A stretch of DNA of 50,104 nt from an uncultured Gemmatimonadota bacterium (GTDB lineage Bacteria > GCA-2686955). The stretch's first letter is position 1. Every line of letters starts with the position of its first letter. Location: assembly GCA_964490075.1 (NCBI GenBank), contig CAZBBK010000002.1, forward strand, positions 1 through 50,104, in the 5' to 3' direction. Below are positions 17,860-26,262 of this stretch, one piece after another. A model generated the notes under the pieces. The model was not told where the DNA came from. It worked only from the letters and a program-made list of their open reading frames with translations, and did not search any database. Made by a program: the position numbers and the translations under genes.

Positions 17860-18861
17860 ATGCAACACTCCCCACCGAGCACTGGTCAGGCCCAGGGCCG
17901 GAACCCGGCCACCACCGCCGCTGGAGATGCGGATCGCCTGTTCCGCCGCGTGCTGGTCGCGACCCTGATGGCGTGGGCCGCCGGTTCGGCGGGGATCCTG
18001 CTGGCCGATCCTCCCCCGGGGGATCTGCCGGGTCAGGACGAGTACCTCGAGGAGATCGTGGTGCGCGCCTACATGGCGCCGCCCGAGCCGGAGGTCGAGG
18101 TCGCCGACGCCGCGTTGACCCAGCCCGGAGATCCCGAGCCGGAGCCCGAGCCGGAGCCCGAACCGGAGCCCGAAGCGGAAGAGGAAGAGCAGCTGGCCGA
18201 CGCCGAAGAGCCCGAGCCGATGGCCGCCAGGGAAGGCCCCGGGGATTCGCCTCCACCGGCCCCGCGCGATGTGCGCAGACTGGGAGTCCTGGGCGCGATG
18301 CAGGGACCGACCGGCACCGGGCCGGGCGCTCTCGGCGTGGCCCAGAGGCGGCGTCTCAAGGCGGCCCGCAACGCCAACGTGATCACCGAGAGCGCGGGTC
18401 CGGGCGACCGGCGCCTCGACGCTCAGCCGCTGCGCGAGACCGGCGGAGCGGCAGGATTGATCTCGCGGGTCGGTGGCCCCTCGGCGGAGCGAACGGCGCT
18501 GGAGGGGGCCAAGCGTGTGGAGATCGAATCCGGCCCGGGCAGCGTGACGGGCCGCGAGGGACAGCCCGCGGCGCGCACCGACGGAGCGATCCGCCAGGTC
18601 GTGGCCAAGTGGGCGCGGACCTTCCAGGCCTGCTACGAGCGCGCCCTGAAGCTCGATCCCACGCTGCGCGGACGGGTCTGGCTGGAGTTCACCATCGGTG
18701 TCGACGGCACCGTGACCAGAGTAGCGATCAGCTCGGGCGACATCGACGTGTCGGTCGGCGATCTGGATCGCTGTCTGAGCCGCTGGTTCGACAAGATGAA
18801 GTTCGGCCCCGCGAGCGACGAGGTGAGCTGCCGCTATCCTCTGATGCTGACTCCCGAGTAG
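17860..18861 (+). CDS. TonB-like protein with AgmX/PglI C-terminal domain (GltG-like)
   Basis: Single N-terminal TM, (PE)7 linker, Gly-rich region, C-terminal CYERALKLDPTLRGRVWLEFTIGVDG..CL..YP domain; AGGAG RBS. Confidence 0.85.
   Translation: MQHSPPSTGQAQGRNPATTAAGDADRLFRRVLVATLMAWAAGSAGILLADPPPGDLPGQDEYLEEIVVRAYMAPPEPEVEVADAALTQPGDPEPEPEPEPEPEPEAEEEEQLADAEEPEPMAAREGPGDSPPPAPRDVRRLGVLGAMQGPTGTGPGALGVAQRRRLKAARNANVITESAGPGDRRLDAQPLRETGGAAGLISRVGGPSAERTALEGAKRVEIESGPGSVTGREGQPAARTDGAIRQVVAKWARTFQACYERALKLDPTLRGRVWLEFTIGVDGTVTRVAISSGDIDVSVGDLDRCLSRWFDKMKFGPASDEVSCRYPLMLTPE
18133..18174 (+). repeat. Coding tandem repeat (CCSGAR)7 encoding a Pro-Glu linker
   Basis: Seven 6-nt units read directly; typical TonB proline-rich spacer. 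Confidence 0.85.
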
Positions 18862-18872
18862 GGATCCGCGGG

Positions 18873-18900
18873 TTGCATCGTCCGCCGTCGATGCTAACCT
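18873..18900 (+). promoter_or_regulatory. Candidate sigma70 promoter, possibly giving a leaderless transcript
   Basis: TTGCAT-16 nt-TAACCT with an extended TG; ATG lies 6 nt after the -10 box and there is no RBS. Confidence 0.4.
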
Positions 18901-18906
18901 CATGCG

Positions 18907-20598
18907 ATGAACGGCCGCTGGGCCGCCGCCGCGGCGGCCGCACTCGTCGCAATCCTCCTGCACCTGCCGATTCTCGGTCATGAGTTCGTGTGGGACGATG
19001 CGGAGAAGTTCGGCCAGGCGCGCTGGGACGGGCCGCAGGACCTGATCGCCGCCGTGACGCCGAGCTACTGGTCGGAGCTCTCTCACGAGCCGCCCGAGGC
19101 CGGCTACTACCGTCCCCTCGCCTCGCTGCTCTTCGCCGCGAACCAGGCCCGCTTCGGGCTCGACGCCCGGATCTACCACGCTCAGAGCATCCTGCTCCAT
19201 GGCCTGGTCACGGCCTGCGTGGTGCTCCTGGCCGGGCCGCTCCTGGGGGCCGGCGTGCCGGCGGCCCTGGCCGGCGGGCTGCTCTTCGCGGTCCACCCGA
19301 TCCACACCGAGACGGTCGCCTTCGCATCCGATCTGACCGATCTGCTGGCCGCCTTCTTCTACCTGGGCGCGCTCGCGCTTGCACTGCGCGGACGCGACTC
19401 CTGGCCCCGCGCTCTCGCCGCCGGGGGGCTCTGGCTGCTGGCCCTCGGGTCGAAGGAGATGGCCCTCAGCTTGCCCCTCCTCGTCGGCTTCGCCGGGTGG
19501 ATCTCGACCGGGCGGATCGTGCGGCAGCGGTGGCGCTTCTGGTGCAGCGCGCTGGTCATCCTCGTGCTCTACGCCGCGCTCCGCAGCTGGATCTTCGGCG
19601 ATTTCAGCGCGGCCGGCGCCGAGCTGGCCTGGGAAGGGCCGTACCTGAGACTGACGGAGGTCGGGCGCGCGCTCAGCGGCGCGCTGCGCATGCTGCTCGC
19701 CCCCTGGCCGCTGGTCGCCGACTACGGACCCGCCGGAGCCCAGCTGCCGGCCCACCCGATCCCGGCCGGCGCGGCGCTTCTGATCCTCGCGGCGGGCGCG
19801 GCGGCGCTGCGGGCGCGGCGCCCTGCTCCGGAGCTGGCGTTCGCGGCCGGCTGGTTCCTGATCACCTTGCTGCCGGTCATGAACCTGATCCCGATCCCTC
19901 AGCCGCACGCGGAACGCTTCCTGTACTTGCCGAGCGCCGGTCCCTGCATTGCGCTGGCGGCGGGACTGGCACGCATGCGCGGCCGCGTCTCCTGGATCGT
20001 CGCGGCCTGGCTCGCGCTGCCGGTGGCCGCCGGCGCGCTCGCCACCACGCTGCGGCTGCCGGACTGGAAGAACGAAGAGACGCTCTGGACCTCGGTGCTG
20101 GCCGTCTTGCCCGAAAACCCCCGGGCGCTGCAAAACCTGGGAGCGGTGCACGAAGGCCGGGGCGATCTCGAGCAGGCGACGCTGCTCTACGAGCACGCCC
20201 ACCGGCTCGCTCCGCGCATGGAGAAGGTCACCACCGCCTACGCCGGGGCCCTCTACGGGACGGGGCGCATCGACGAAGCGATCACGGTGCTCGAGGAACA
20301 CGCGCTGCGCTACGGCGCGAGTGCCGCGGTGGCCGGCCGACTGGGCGCGGCGCTTGCGCGCCGGCGGGACTTCGAAGCGGCCCTGCGCTACTTCCAGATC
20401 GCGGCACGGCTGGCGCCCGAGAGCGGCACCGCGCGCAGCTCGCTCATTCGCTGCCTGATCGCGCTCGGGCGCCTGGACGATGCCCGCCAAGAGCTGGACC
20501 GGATCGCCGCGCAGGGCGTATCCAAGGTCGCGATCGAGCGCCTGGACGAAGAGCTCCGGCGCGCGCGGACCGGGTTAGAATCCCCAGGGGGGAGCTAG
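18907..20598 (+). CDS. TMTC-like GT-C fold membrane glycosyltransferase with C-terminal TPRs
   Basis: FVWDD, YYRPL, HPIHTETVA, SKEMA and AERFLYLPS motifs; many TM helices followed by TPRs. Confidence 0.85.
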   Translation: MNGRWAAAAAAALVAILLHLPILGHEFVWDDAEKFGQARWDGPQDLIAAVTPSYWSELSHEPPEAGYYRPLASLLFAANQARFGLDARIYHAQSILLHGLVTACVVLLAGPLLGAGVPAALAGGLLFAVHPIHTETVAFASDLTDLLAAFFYLGALALALRGRDSWPRALAAGGLWLLALGSKEMALSLPLLVGFAGWISTGRIVRQRWRFWCSALVILVLYAALRSWIFGDFSAAGAELAWEGPYLRLTEVGRALSGALRMLLAPWPLVADYGPAGAQLPAHPIPAGAALLILAAGAAALRARRPAPELAFAAGWFLITLLPVMNLIPIPQPHAERFLYLPSAGPCIALAAGLARMRGRVSWIVAAWLALPVAAGALATTLRLPDWKNEETLWTSVLAVLPENPRALQNLGAVHEGRGDLEQATLLYEHAHRLAPRMEKVTTAYAGALYGTGRIDEAITVLEEHALRYGASAAVAGRLGAALARRRDFEAALRYFQIAARLAPESGTARSSLIRCLIALGRLDDARQELDRIAAQGVSKVAIERLDEELRRARTGLESPGGS

Positions 20599-20609
20599 GA
20601 TCCCAAGCC

Positions 20610-21368
20610 ATGGCGAGAGCCGCCGACAAGCACCGACTGCTCGTGGTCGAGGACGAGCCGCTGCTCCGGATGACCATTCTGGAGTACATGGAGGATCAGC
20701 GCTTCGACGCGCACGGAGTCGAGAGCGCCGAGGCCGCGCGCACCTGGCTGGCCGAGAACGACTGCGACGTACTGCTGACCGATCTTCGGCTGCCGGGGGC
20801 GAGCGGCATCGAGCTCTTGGAGAGCGTGCGCTCCTCCTATCCGGGGATCGAGGTGGTGCTGATGACCGGCTTCGCCACCCTCGAGTCGGCGATCCAGGCG
20901 GTCAATCTGGGCGCCTTCTGGTACATCCAGAAGCCCTTCGACGCCGCCGAGCTGATCTTCACGCTCGAGCGGGCGATCGGCGTCCGCCAGCTGAGGCGGG
21001 AGCGCGAGGAGATGATCGAGCGCCAGCGCGCCACCCTCGAGGGTCTGCGGGCCACCGTGCGGCAGCTCCTGGCCACCCGCGACCAGGTGATCAGCGCCAC
21101 CCGCAAACGCGCCATCGACGACACCCTGGTGACCCTGCACCACGAGCTGAACAACAAGGGAATGGGCATCACCGCCGCCGCCGGCTGCGCCCGCCGAGAT
21201 GTCCGCAAAGGCAAGCAGGGCGCGGTGCTGGGCGCCCTCTCCTCGATCGAGGAGCTGGCCCTGGAGATCTCCGACATGCTGCAGCGGATCTCTGCCCAAC
21301 GGGATCCGCGCTCGACCGAATACGTCGAGGGCACCACGATGATCGACCTGGGGGCGGAGCAGGACTAA
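20610..21368 (+). CDS. Response regulator: receiver + coiled coil + HisKA-like domain, no ATPase domain
   Basis: LLVVEDE, LLTDLRLPG, MTGF and YIQKPF receiver motifs; TLHHELNN H-box; true start lies inside the long ORF 18990..21368. Confidence 0.88.
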   Translation: MARAADKHRLLVVEDEPLLRMTILEYMEDQRFDAHGVESAEAARTWLAENDCDVLLTDLRLPGASGIELLESVRSSYPGIEVVLMTGFATLESAIQAVNLGAFWYIQKPFDAAELIFTLERAIGVRQLRREREEMIERQRATLEGLRATVRQLLATRDQVISATRKRAIDDTLVTLHHELNNKGMGITAAAGCARRDVRKGKQGAVLGALSSIEELALEISDMLQRISAQRDPRSTEYVEGTTMIDLGAEQD

Positions 21369-21636
21369 GCCCAGCGCCAGGATCCAAGTTGGGGGGAGAC
21401 ATGGGGGGCGCTTGAGGCATTGGGTCGGTCTGCGCACCGATGCCAACCTGGAGTGCGCAGGCCCCACCTCGAACCGACGCGACTCGATCCCGTAGCGCGC
21501 TCAGACGTCTACGGGGCGATTCGTGCCGCGACTCCGGACTGAGCAGCCTCAGGCGCGCGGATCGACCGCACACAGACCCAAGCCCCCTCCTGAGCTGGGT
21601 CAAGTGCGCGGGATGAGCGCATCGTTCTCAGCGCGG

Positions 21637-22794
21637 CTACGACCCCACCGAAACCCAACGCTCCGCCCGATGCGGCTCGAGCTCCGCCGCTGCCTCGCCG
21701 AGCACCGCCTGGGCCACCAGCTCGGCGCTGGCGGCCGCGACCGTCACTCCGTGTCCGCCGAGCCCCGCGGCCCAGTGCAGTCCCTCGAGATGAGGATCGG
21801 GCCCGAGCACGAAGCGCCCGTCGGGGGGGAAGGTGCGCAGGCCCGCCCACCAGCGTGCGATCGGGAGCTCGGTCCCGGGAAAGAGCTCCAGCGCCTTCTC
21901 CGCCAGAGGCGTCAAGAACGCGGCATCGGCGGGCGGGACGCAAGCATGCCAGGCGTCCTGGTCGCAAGCGCTGATCATCACCCGCCCCGCCTCGGGACGC
22001 ACGTAGAGCCCGCCCTCCACGTCCCACAGGATCGGCCAGTCGGCGGAACCTGGAATCGGGGCGGTGACCGCGATATGTCGGCGGTGGGGGCGCAGCGGAG
22101 GGGGCGGGCTGCCCATTTCGCTGGCGATCTCCGCGGCCCAGGCGCCGCCCGCGTCGATCGCCGCGGCGCAGGCGATCTCTCCGCGGCTGGTCTTCACCGC
22201 CACCAGCCGATCGGCCACCCGGCTCGCGCCCAGGGCGCGCACCCCGGTCAGGATGCGCGCTCCCGCGCCCTCGGCCGCGGCGGCGTAGGCCTGCACCAGC
22301 GCGTCCGGATCGGTGATGCCGTCGGCCGCGCAGAGCACGCCGCCCGAGATGCGCGACGCAGCGATCGCCGGCAAGCGCTCCGCGACCGCGCTGGGCTCCA
22401 GCATCTCGGCCGCCACGCCGGCGCGCTTCGCGTGGTCACACATCCGCTCGAGCTGCGCCCGGCCGCCGCGGCTCGAAGCGACCAGGATGCTGCCGCAGCG
22501 CCGCACCAGCGGCGCCGTGCCGAGCCGCTCGGCGAGCGCGGCGACCAGATCGGCGGGCGGGCGGTCGAGCAGCGCGGCGCCGCGCCGTGCCAGCGACGCG
22601 ATCGCCTCGTCCTCCACCAGGCGCCGGATCATCGCCGCGTTCTGCGCCGATGCGTGGGTGCCCAGCGCCGACTCCCGCTCCAGCAGCAGCACCGAGCCCG
22701 CGCGCCGGCGCGCGAGCTGCCAGGCGAGGGCGGTTCCGGAGAGCCCGCCGCCGATCACGACGAAATCGCTGTGGCGCATGAGCTGGTCGTCCAT
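21637..22794 (-). CDS. FAD-dependent oxidoreductase (DAO / glycine oxidase / sarcosine oxidase beta-like)
   Basis: VVIGGGLSG Rossmann motif, ASAQNAA, AGGAWA, WAGLRTFPPDG and GLGGHG; start 22794 or 22779. Confidence 0.9.
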   Translation of the reverse strand: MDDQLMRHSDFVVIGGGLSGTALAWQLARRRAGSVLLLERESALGTHASAQNAAMIRRLVEDEAIASLARRGAALLDRPPADLVAALAERLGTAPLVRRCGSILVASSRGGRAQLERMCDHAKRAGVAAEMLEPSAVAERLPAIAASRISGGVLCAADGITDPDALVQAYAAAAEGAGARILTGVRALGASRVADRLVAVKTSRGEIACAAAIDAGGAWAAEIASEMGSPPPPLRPHRRHIAVTAPIPGSADWPILWDVEGGLYVRPEAGRVMISACDQDAWHACVPPADAAFLTPLAEKALELFPGTELPIARWWAGLRTFPPDGRFVLGPDPHLEGLHWAAGLGGHGVTVAAASAELVAQAVLGEAAAELEPHRAERWVSVGS

Positions 22795-22914
22795 TGGGGA
22801 GCGCGCCCTTCGATGCCAGCGCCTCTGGCGGCTCGGGGCGCGGGATTTGCCGCGCGTGCGATGGTCGCACAGGTCGGCGGGTCGAGACAGTGAGGATTGC
22901 GGTACAGTCCCCCG

Positions 22915-24843
22915 ATGCGCGTGAGCCGGATGAAGGTGCCCCGCCCGACTCTCACCTGGGGCGCGGTCGTGATCTGCGTGGTGGCGGCGGCGGTGGCGCT
23001 GCGCGCCCTCTATCTGACCCAGGCGCACGGACAGATCCTGTTCGAGATCGCCGTCCTCGACGCCGCCACCTACGAACGGCTGGCCGACGAAGTGTGGAGC
23101 GAAACCGGCTCGGTGGCGGGTCGTGCCTACTTCCGACCACCGCTCTACCCGCTCGTGCTCGGGGCGCTGATGCGCGCGATCGGCCGCGGCGCGGTAGCGC
23201 TCACCTGCGCGCAGATGATGCTGGGCATCGCGACCGCTTTGCTGGCCGCCTGGAGCGCGCGCCGCCTCGCGGGCGAAGGGGCCGCCCTGATCGCCGGGCT
23301 GCTCACCGCCACCGCCCCGATCCTGCCCTTCTTCGAGGGGCAGCGCCTGATCACCAGCCTCTACACCTTTCTGGCGACCGCTCTCCTGGCGCTCGGCGTC
23401 GCCGCCTGTGTCGGTCGACCCTTGCGCGGGCGCGCGGCTCTCGGGGCCGGCCTCCTGCTCGGCATCAGCGCCTGCGCCCGACCCAACGCCCTGGTCTTCG
23501 TGCCGATCCTGCTGGTCCTCTGTGGCGGAGCTGGGGGACGACCGCGGGCGGCGGCGTGGCTGCTCCTCGGTCTGGCGCTGCCCCTGGGCGCGGTGTTCGC
23601 GCGAAATGTGGCGATGGGAGGAGACCGGGTGCTGATCTCCTCCAATGCCGGCGTCAACCTCTACATCGGCAACCGGCCCGGCAGCGACGGCATGAGCGCC
23701 GTTCCCCCCGGCCACGCCTGGCAGCCCTTCGTGTCGGCCCCGAACCTCGACGCCGGACGCCGGCTCACTCCCCAGGAGACCTCGCGCTACTGGATCGGGC
23801 GCACCCTGCGCGAGTGCGGCGCCGCGCCGCTGTCCAGCCTGGCACTGCTGGCCCGCAAGACGGCCGCCTTCTTCAGCGCGACGGAGGTGCCCAACAACCT
23901 AGAGTACCGGCAGCTCGCGCGGACCATTCCGGTGCTGCGGGCGCCGCTGCCCTCGCTGGCGCTGCTCGCGCCGCTGGCGGGGTTGGGTGTCGCCGTGGCG
24001 CTCACTCGCCGGCGGCGCGGCGATTCTCTGCTGCTGGCCTTCCTGGCCCTGCACCTCGTGGCCGTGGTCCCCTTCTTCGTCTGCGCCCGCTTTCGCACCC
24101 CGGCTCTCCCGCTGCTGGCGGTCCTCGCCGCCCTCGGCTTGACGGCGCTGCCGCGTCTCGGTAGCCGCCGCGCGCGCCTGGGCGCCGCCTTCGGACTGGT
24201 GGGTGGAATCGCCCTCGGACCGCTCGACCTCGCGCGCGCGCCGGCGCGCCTGGAGCCGGGCAGGGGCCACTACTGGGTCGCGGTCGCCGAGAGCCTGCGC
24301 GCCGCGAAGGAAGGCGACGCCCAGGCTCGCTCCGCGGCTCTCGACGCGGCGGATGCGGCCCTCGCTCGGGCTCTGACCGAGGCTCCGGGCCACCCCGACT
24401 ATCTCCTGCTGCGGGCCCACATCGCCTCGCGGCCCCCCGCCGCCCTGGCCGATCTCGACGCCGCGCTCGAAGCGGCGCCGGAGTTCGTGCTGGCGCGCGT
24501 CGCGCGGGCGCGCCGGCTGCGCTCGTTGGGTCGCCCCAGCGATGCCCTCGACGACTTCGCCGCCGCGCTGCGCGCCGAGCCCTTTCATCCGGACGCCCTG
24601 GGCGAGGGCGCTCGCGTGGCGATGAACCTCGGCCGTCTGGACGAGGCCCGAGACTGGTCGCTGCGCCTGGTCGAGAGCCACTCGGAGCGCCCCGACGCCT
24701 GGCTCCTGCACGGCCGGGTCCTGGAGGCGCGCGGCGAGCCCGCCGAGGCCGAACGCGCGATCCGCAACGCCGCCGCCCTGGATCCCACCGAGCCCAGGAT
24801 CCGCTCCGCCCTGCAGTCCTATTCCTGGGATGGTGGCGGGTAG
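22915..24843 (+). CDS. GT-C (PMT/ArnT, family 39-like) membrane glycosyltransferase with TPRs
   Basis: LDAATY, YFRPPLYP, RPNAL, GVNLYIGN and ARFRTP motifs; C-terminal TPRs; TACAGT -10-like box 6 nt before the ATG. Confidence 0.82.
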   Translation: MRVSRMKVPRPTLTWGAVVICVVAAAVALRALYLTQAHGQILFEIAVLDAATYERLADEVWSETGSVAGRAYFRPPLYPLVLGALMRAIGRGAVALTCAQMMLGIATALLAAWSARRLAGEGAALIAGLLTATAPILPFFEGQRLITSLYTFLATALLALGVAACVGRPLRGRAALGAGLLLGISACARPNALVFVPILLVLCGGAGGRPRAAAWLLLGLALPLGAVFARNVAMGGDRVLISSNAGVNLYIGNRPGSDGMSAVPPGHAWQPFVSAPNLDAGRRLTPQETSRYWIGRTLRECGAAPLSSLALLARKTAAFFSATEVPNNLEYRQLARTIPVLRAPLPSLALLAPLAGLGVAVALTRRRRGDSLLLAFLALHLVAVVPFFVCARFRTPALPLLAVLAALGLTALPRLGSRRARLGAAFGLVGGIALGPLDLARAPARLEPGRGHYWVAVAESLRAAKEGDAQARSAALDAADAALARALTEAPGHPDYLLLRAHIASRPPAALADLDAALEAAPEFVLARVARARRLRSLGRPSDALDDFAAALRAEPFHPDALGEGARVAMNLGRLDEARDWSLRLVESHSERPDAWLLHGRVLEARGEPAEAERAIRNAAALDPTEPRIRSALQSYSWDGGG

Positions 24844-24907
24844 GCGCGCTATCGTCTCGACCGCGCAAGCGATCGAGCCCGATCGCGGAAAGGACGCTGC
24901 ATTGCCC

Positions 24908-26146
24908 ATGGGCGCCTACGACGAGCTCAAGGCCCGCGGACTCGTGGCCCAGACCACCGACGAAGAGGCGGTCCGCAAGCTGCTGGACCACGGTCCCACG
25001 ACGGTCTACGCCGGTTTCGATCCCACCGCCGACTCGCTGCACGTCGGCAACCTGGTGCCGATCATGGGGCTGGCCCGCCTGCAGAAGGCCGGCCATCGGG
25101 TGATCGCGGTCTGCGGCGGGGCGACGGCTTTGGTGGGCGATCCTTCGGGCAAGACCGAGGCCCGGCCGCTGCTCGATGCCGAGCGGCTGCGCGCCAACCG
25201 CGCCGGAATCCGCCCGCAGCTGGAGCGCTTTCTGACCCTCGACGGCGAGCGGGGAATCCTGGTCGACAATTCGGACTGGGTCGCAGCGCTCGGCTGGCTC
25301 GAGGCGCTGCGCCTGCTCGGGCCGCGCTTCTCGGTCTCGCGCATGCTCTCCTACGAGACCTACAAGACCCGTCTCGAGACCGGTCTGACCTACCTCGAGC
25401 TGAGCTACCAGCTCCTGCAAGCCTTCGATTTCCTGCACCTGCACCGGGAGTACGGCTGCACCCTGCAGATCGGCGGCGACGACCAATGGGCCAACATCCT
25501 CGCCGGCATGGACCTGATCCGCCGCGTCGAACGCGGCTCGGTCGAGGGCATGACCCTGCCGCTGCTCACCACCGCCGGCGGCGAGAAGATGGGAAAGACC
25601 GAGAAAGGAGCCTTGTGGCTCGATCCCGCAAGGACCTCTCCGTACGACTTCTACCAGTACTGGATCAACATCGCCGACCAGGACGTGGGCAAGTGCCTCG
25701 CCTTCTTCAGCGATCTGCCGAACGCATCGATCGAGCACCTGCTCGGCCCGCAGGGGCCCGGAATCGTCGCCGCCAAGCACGAGCTGGCGAGGGAATTCAC
25801 CACCCTGGTTCACGGGGAGGAAGAGGCGCGGCGGGCTCAGGGCGCGGCGCGCGCCGCCTTCGGAGCCGGTGGTGCGGAGATCGAGGGGGTTCCCACGAGC
25901 ACCATTCCGCCCGCCGAGCTGGAGCAGGGCATCGAGCTGGTCGCTCTCCTGCAGCGGGTCGGAATCTGCAAGTCGAAGGGCGAGGCCCGGCGCCTGGTGA
26001 GCCAGGGCGGGGCCTACGTCAACGGACGCAGAGTCGACGACCTGGCCGCCACGCTCGGTCCCGGAGATCTCGCGGACGGCGCGCTGATGCTGCGGGCCGG
26101 GAAAAAGCGGCACCACAGGGTGCTGCTCGATCCCCCCCAGACTTGA
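24908..26146 (+). CDS. tyrS: Tyrosine--tRNA ligase
   Basis: YAGFDPTADSLHVGN (HIGH), QIGGDDQWANI, KMGKT (KMSKS) and C-terminal S4 domain. Confidence 0.97.
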   Translation: MGAYDELKARGLVAQTTDEEAVRKLLDHGPTTVYAGFDPTADSLHVGNLVPIMGLARLQKAGHRVIAVCGGATALVGDPSGKTEARPLLDAERLRANRAGIRPQLERFLTLDGERGILVDNSDWVAALGWLEALRLLGPRFSVSRMLSYETYKTRLETGLTYLELSYQLLQAFDFLHLHREYGCTLQIGGDDQWANILAGMDLIRRVERGSVEGMTLPLLTTAGGEKMGKTEKGALWLDPARTSPYDFYQYWINIADQDVGKCLAFFSDLPNASIEHLLGPQGPGIVAAKHELAREFTTLVHGEEEARRAQGAARAAFGAGGAEIEGVPTSTIPPAELEQGIELVALLQRVGICKSKGEARRLVSQGGAYVNGRRVDDLAATLGPGDLADGALMLRAGKKRHHRVLLDPPQT

Positions 26147-26171
26147 ACTCGATGCCCCCGAGTTGTAGCTT
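26143..26171 (+). promoter_or_regulatory. Candidate sigma70 promoter
   Basis: TTGAAC-17 nt-TAGCTT upstream of the gene at 26263. Confidence 0.35.
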
Positions 26172-26262
26172 TTCGTGTTCTCAGTTGCCCACGCCGCTGT
26201 CCGCGCGGTCGAGACGAATCCCCCCGCGGACCCGCACGCCGACTCGATTCAAGGAGAGCCAC

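Noticed and set aside
16102-18861. Canonical Tol-Pal or TonB-ExbBD iron uptake operon
   Set aside because: No tolB, pal or TonB-dependent receptor; two different ExbD genes and an AgmX/PglI-type domain fit the Agl-Glt core better
21520-21560. RNase P RNA on the minus strand (AGTCCGGAG)
   Set aside because: GAGGAAAGTCC is incomplete and the gap is too short
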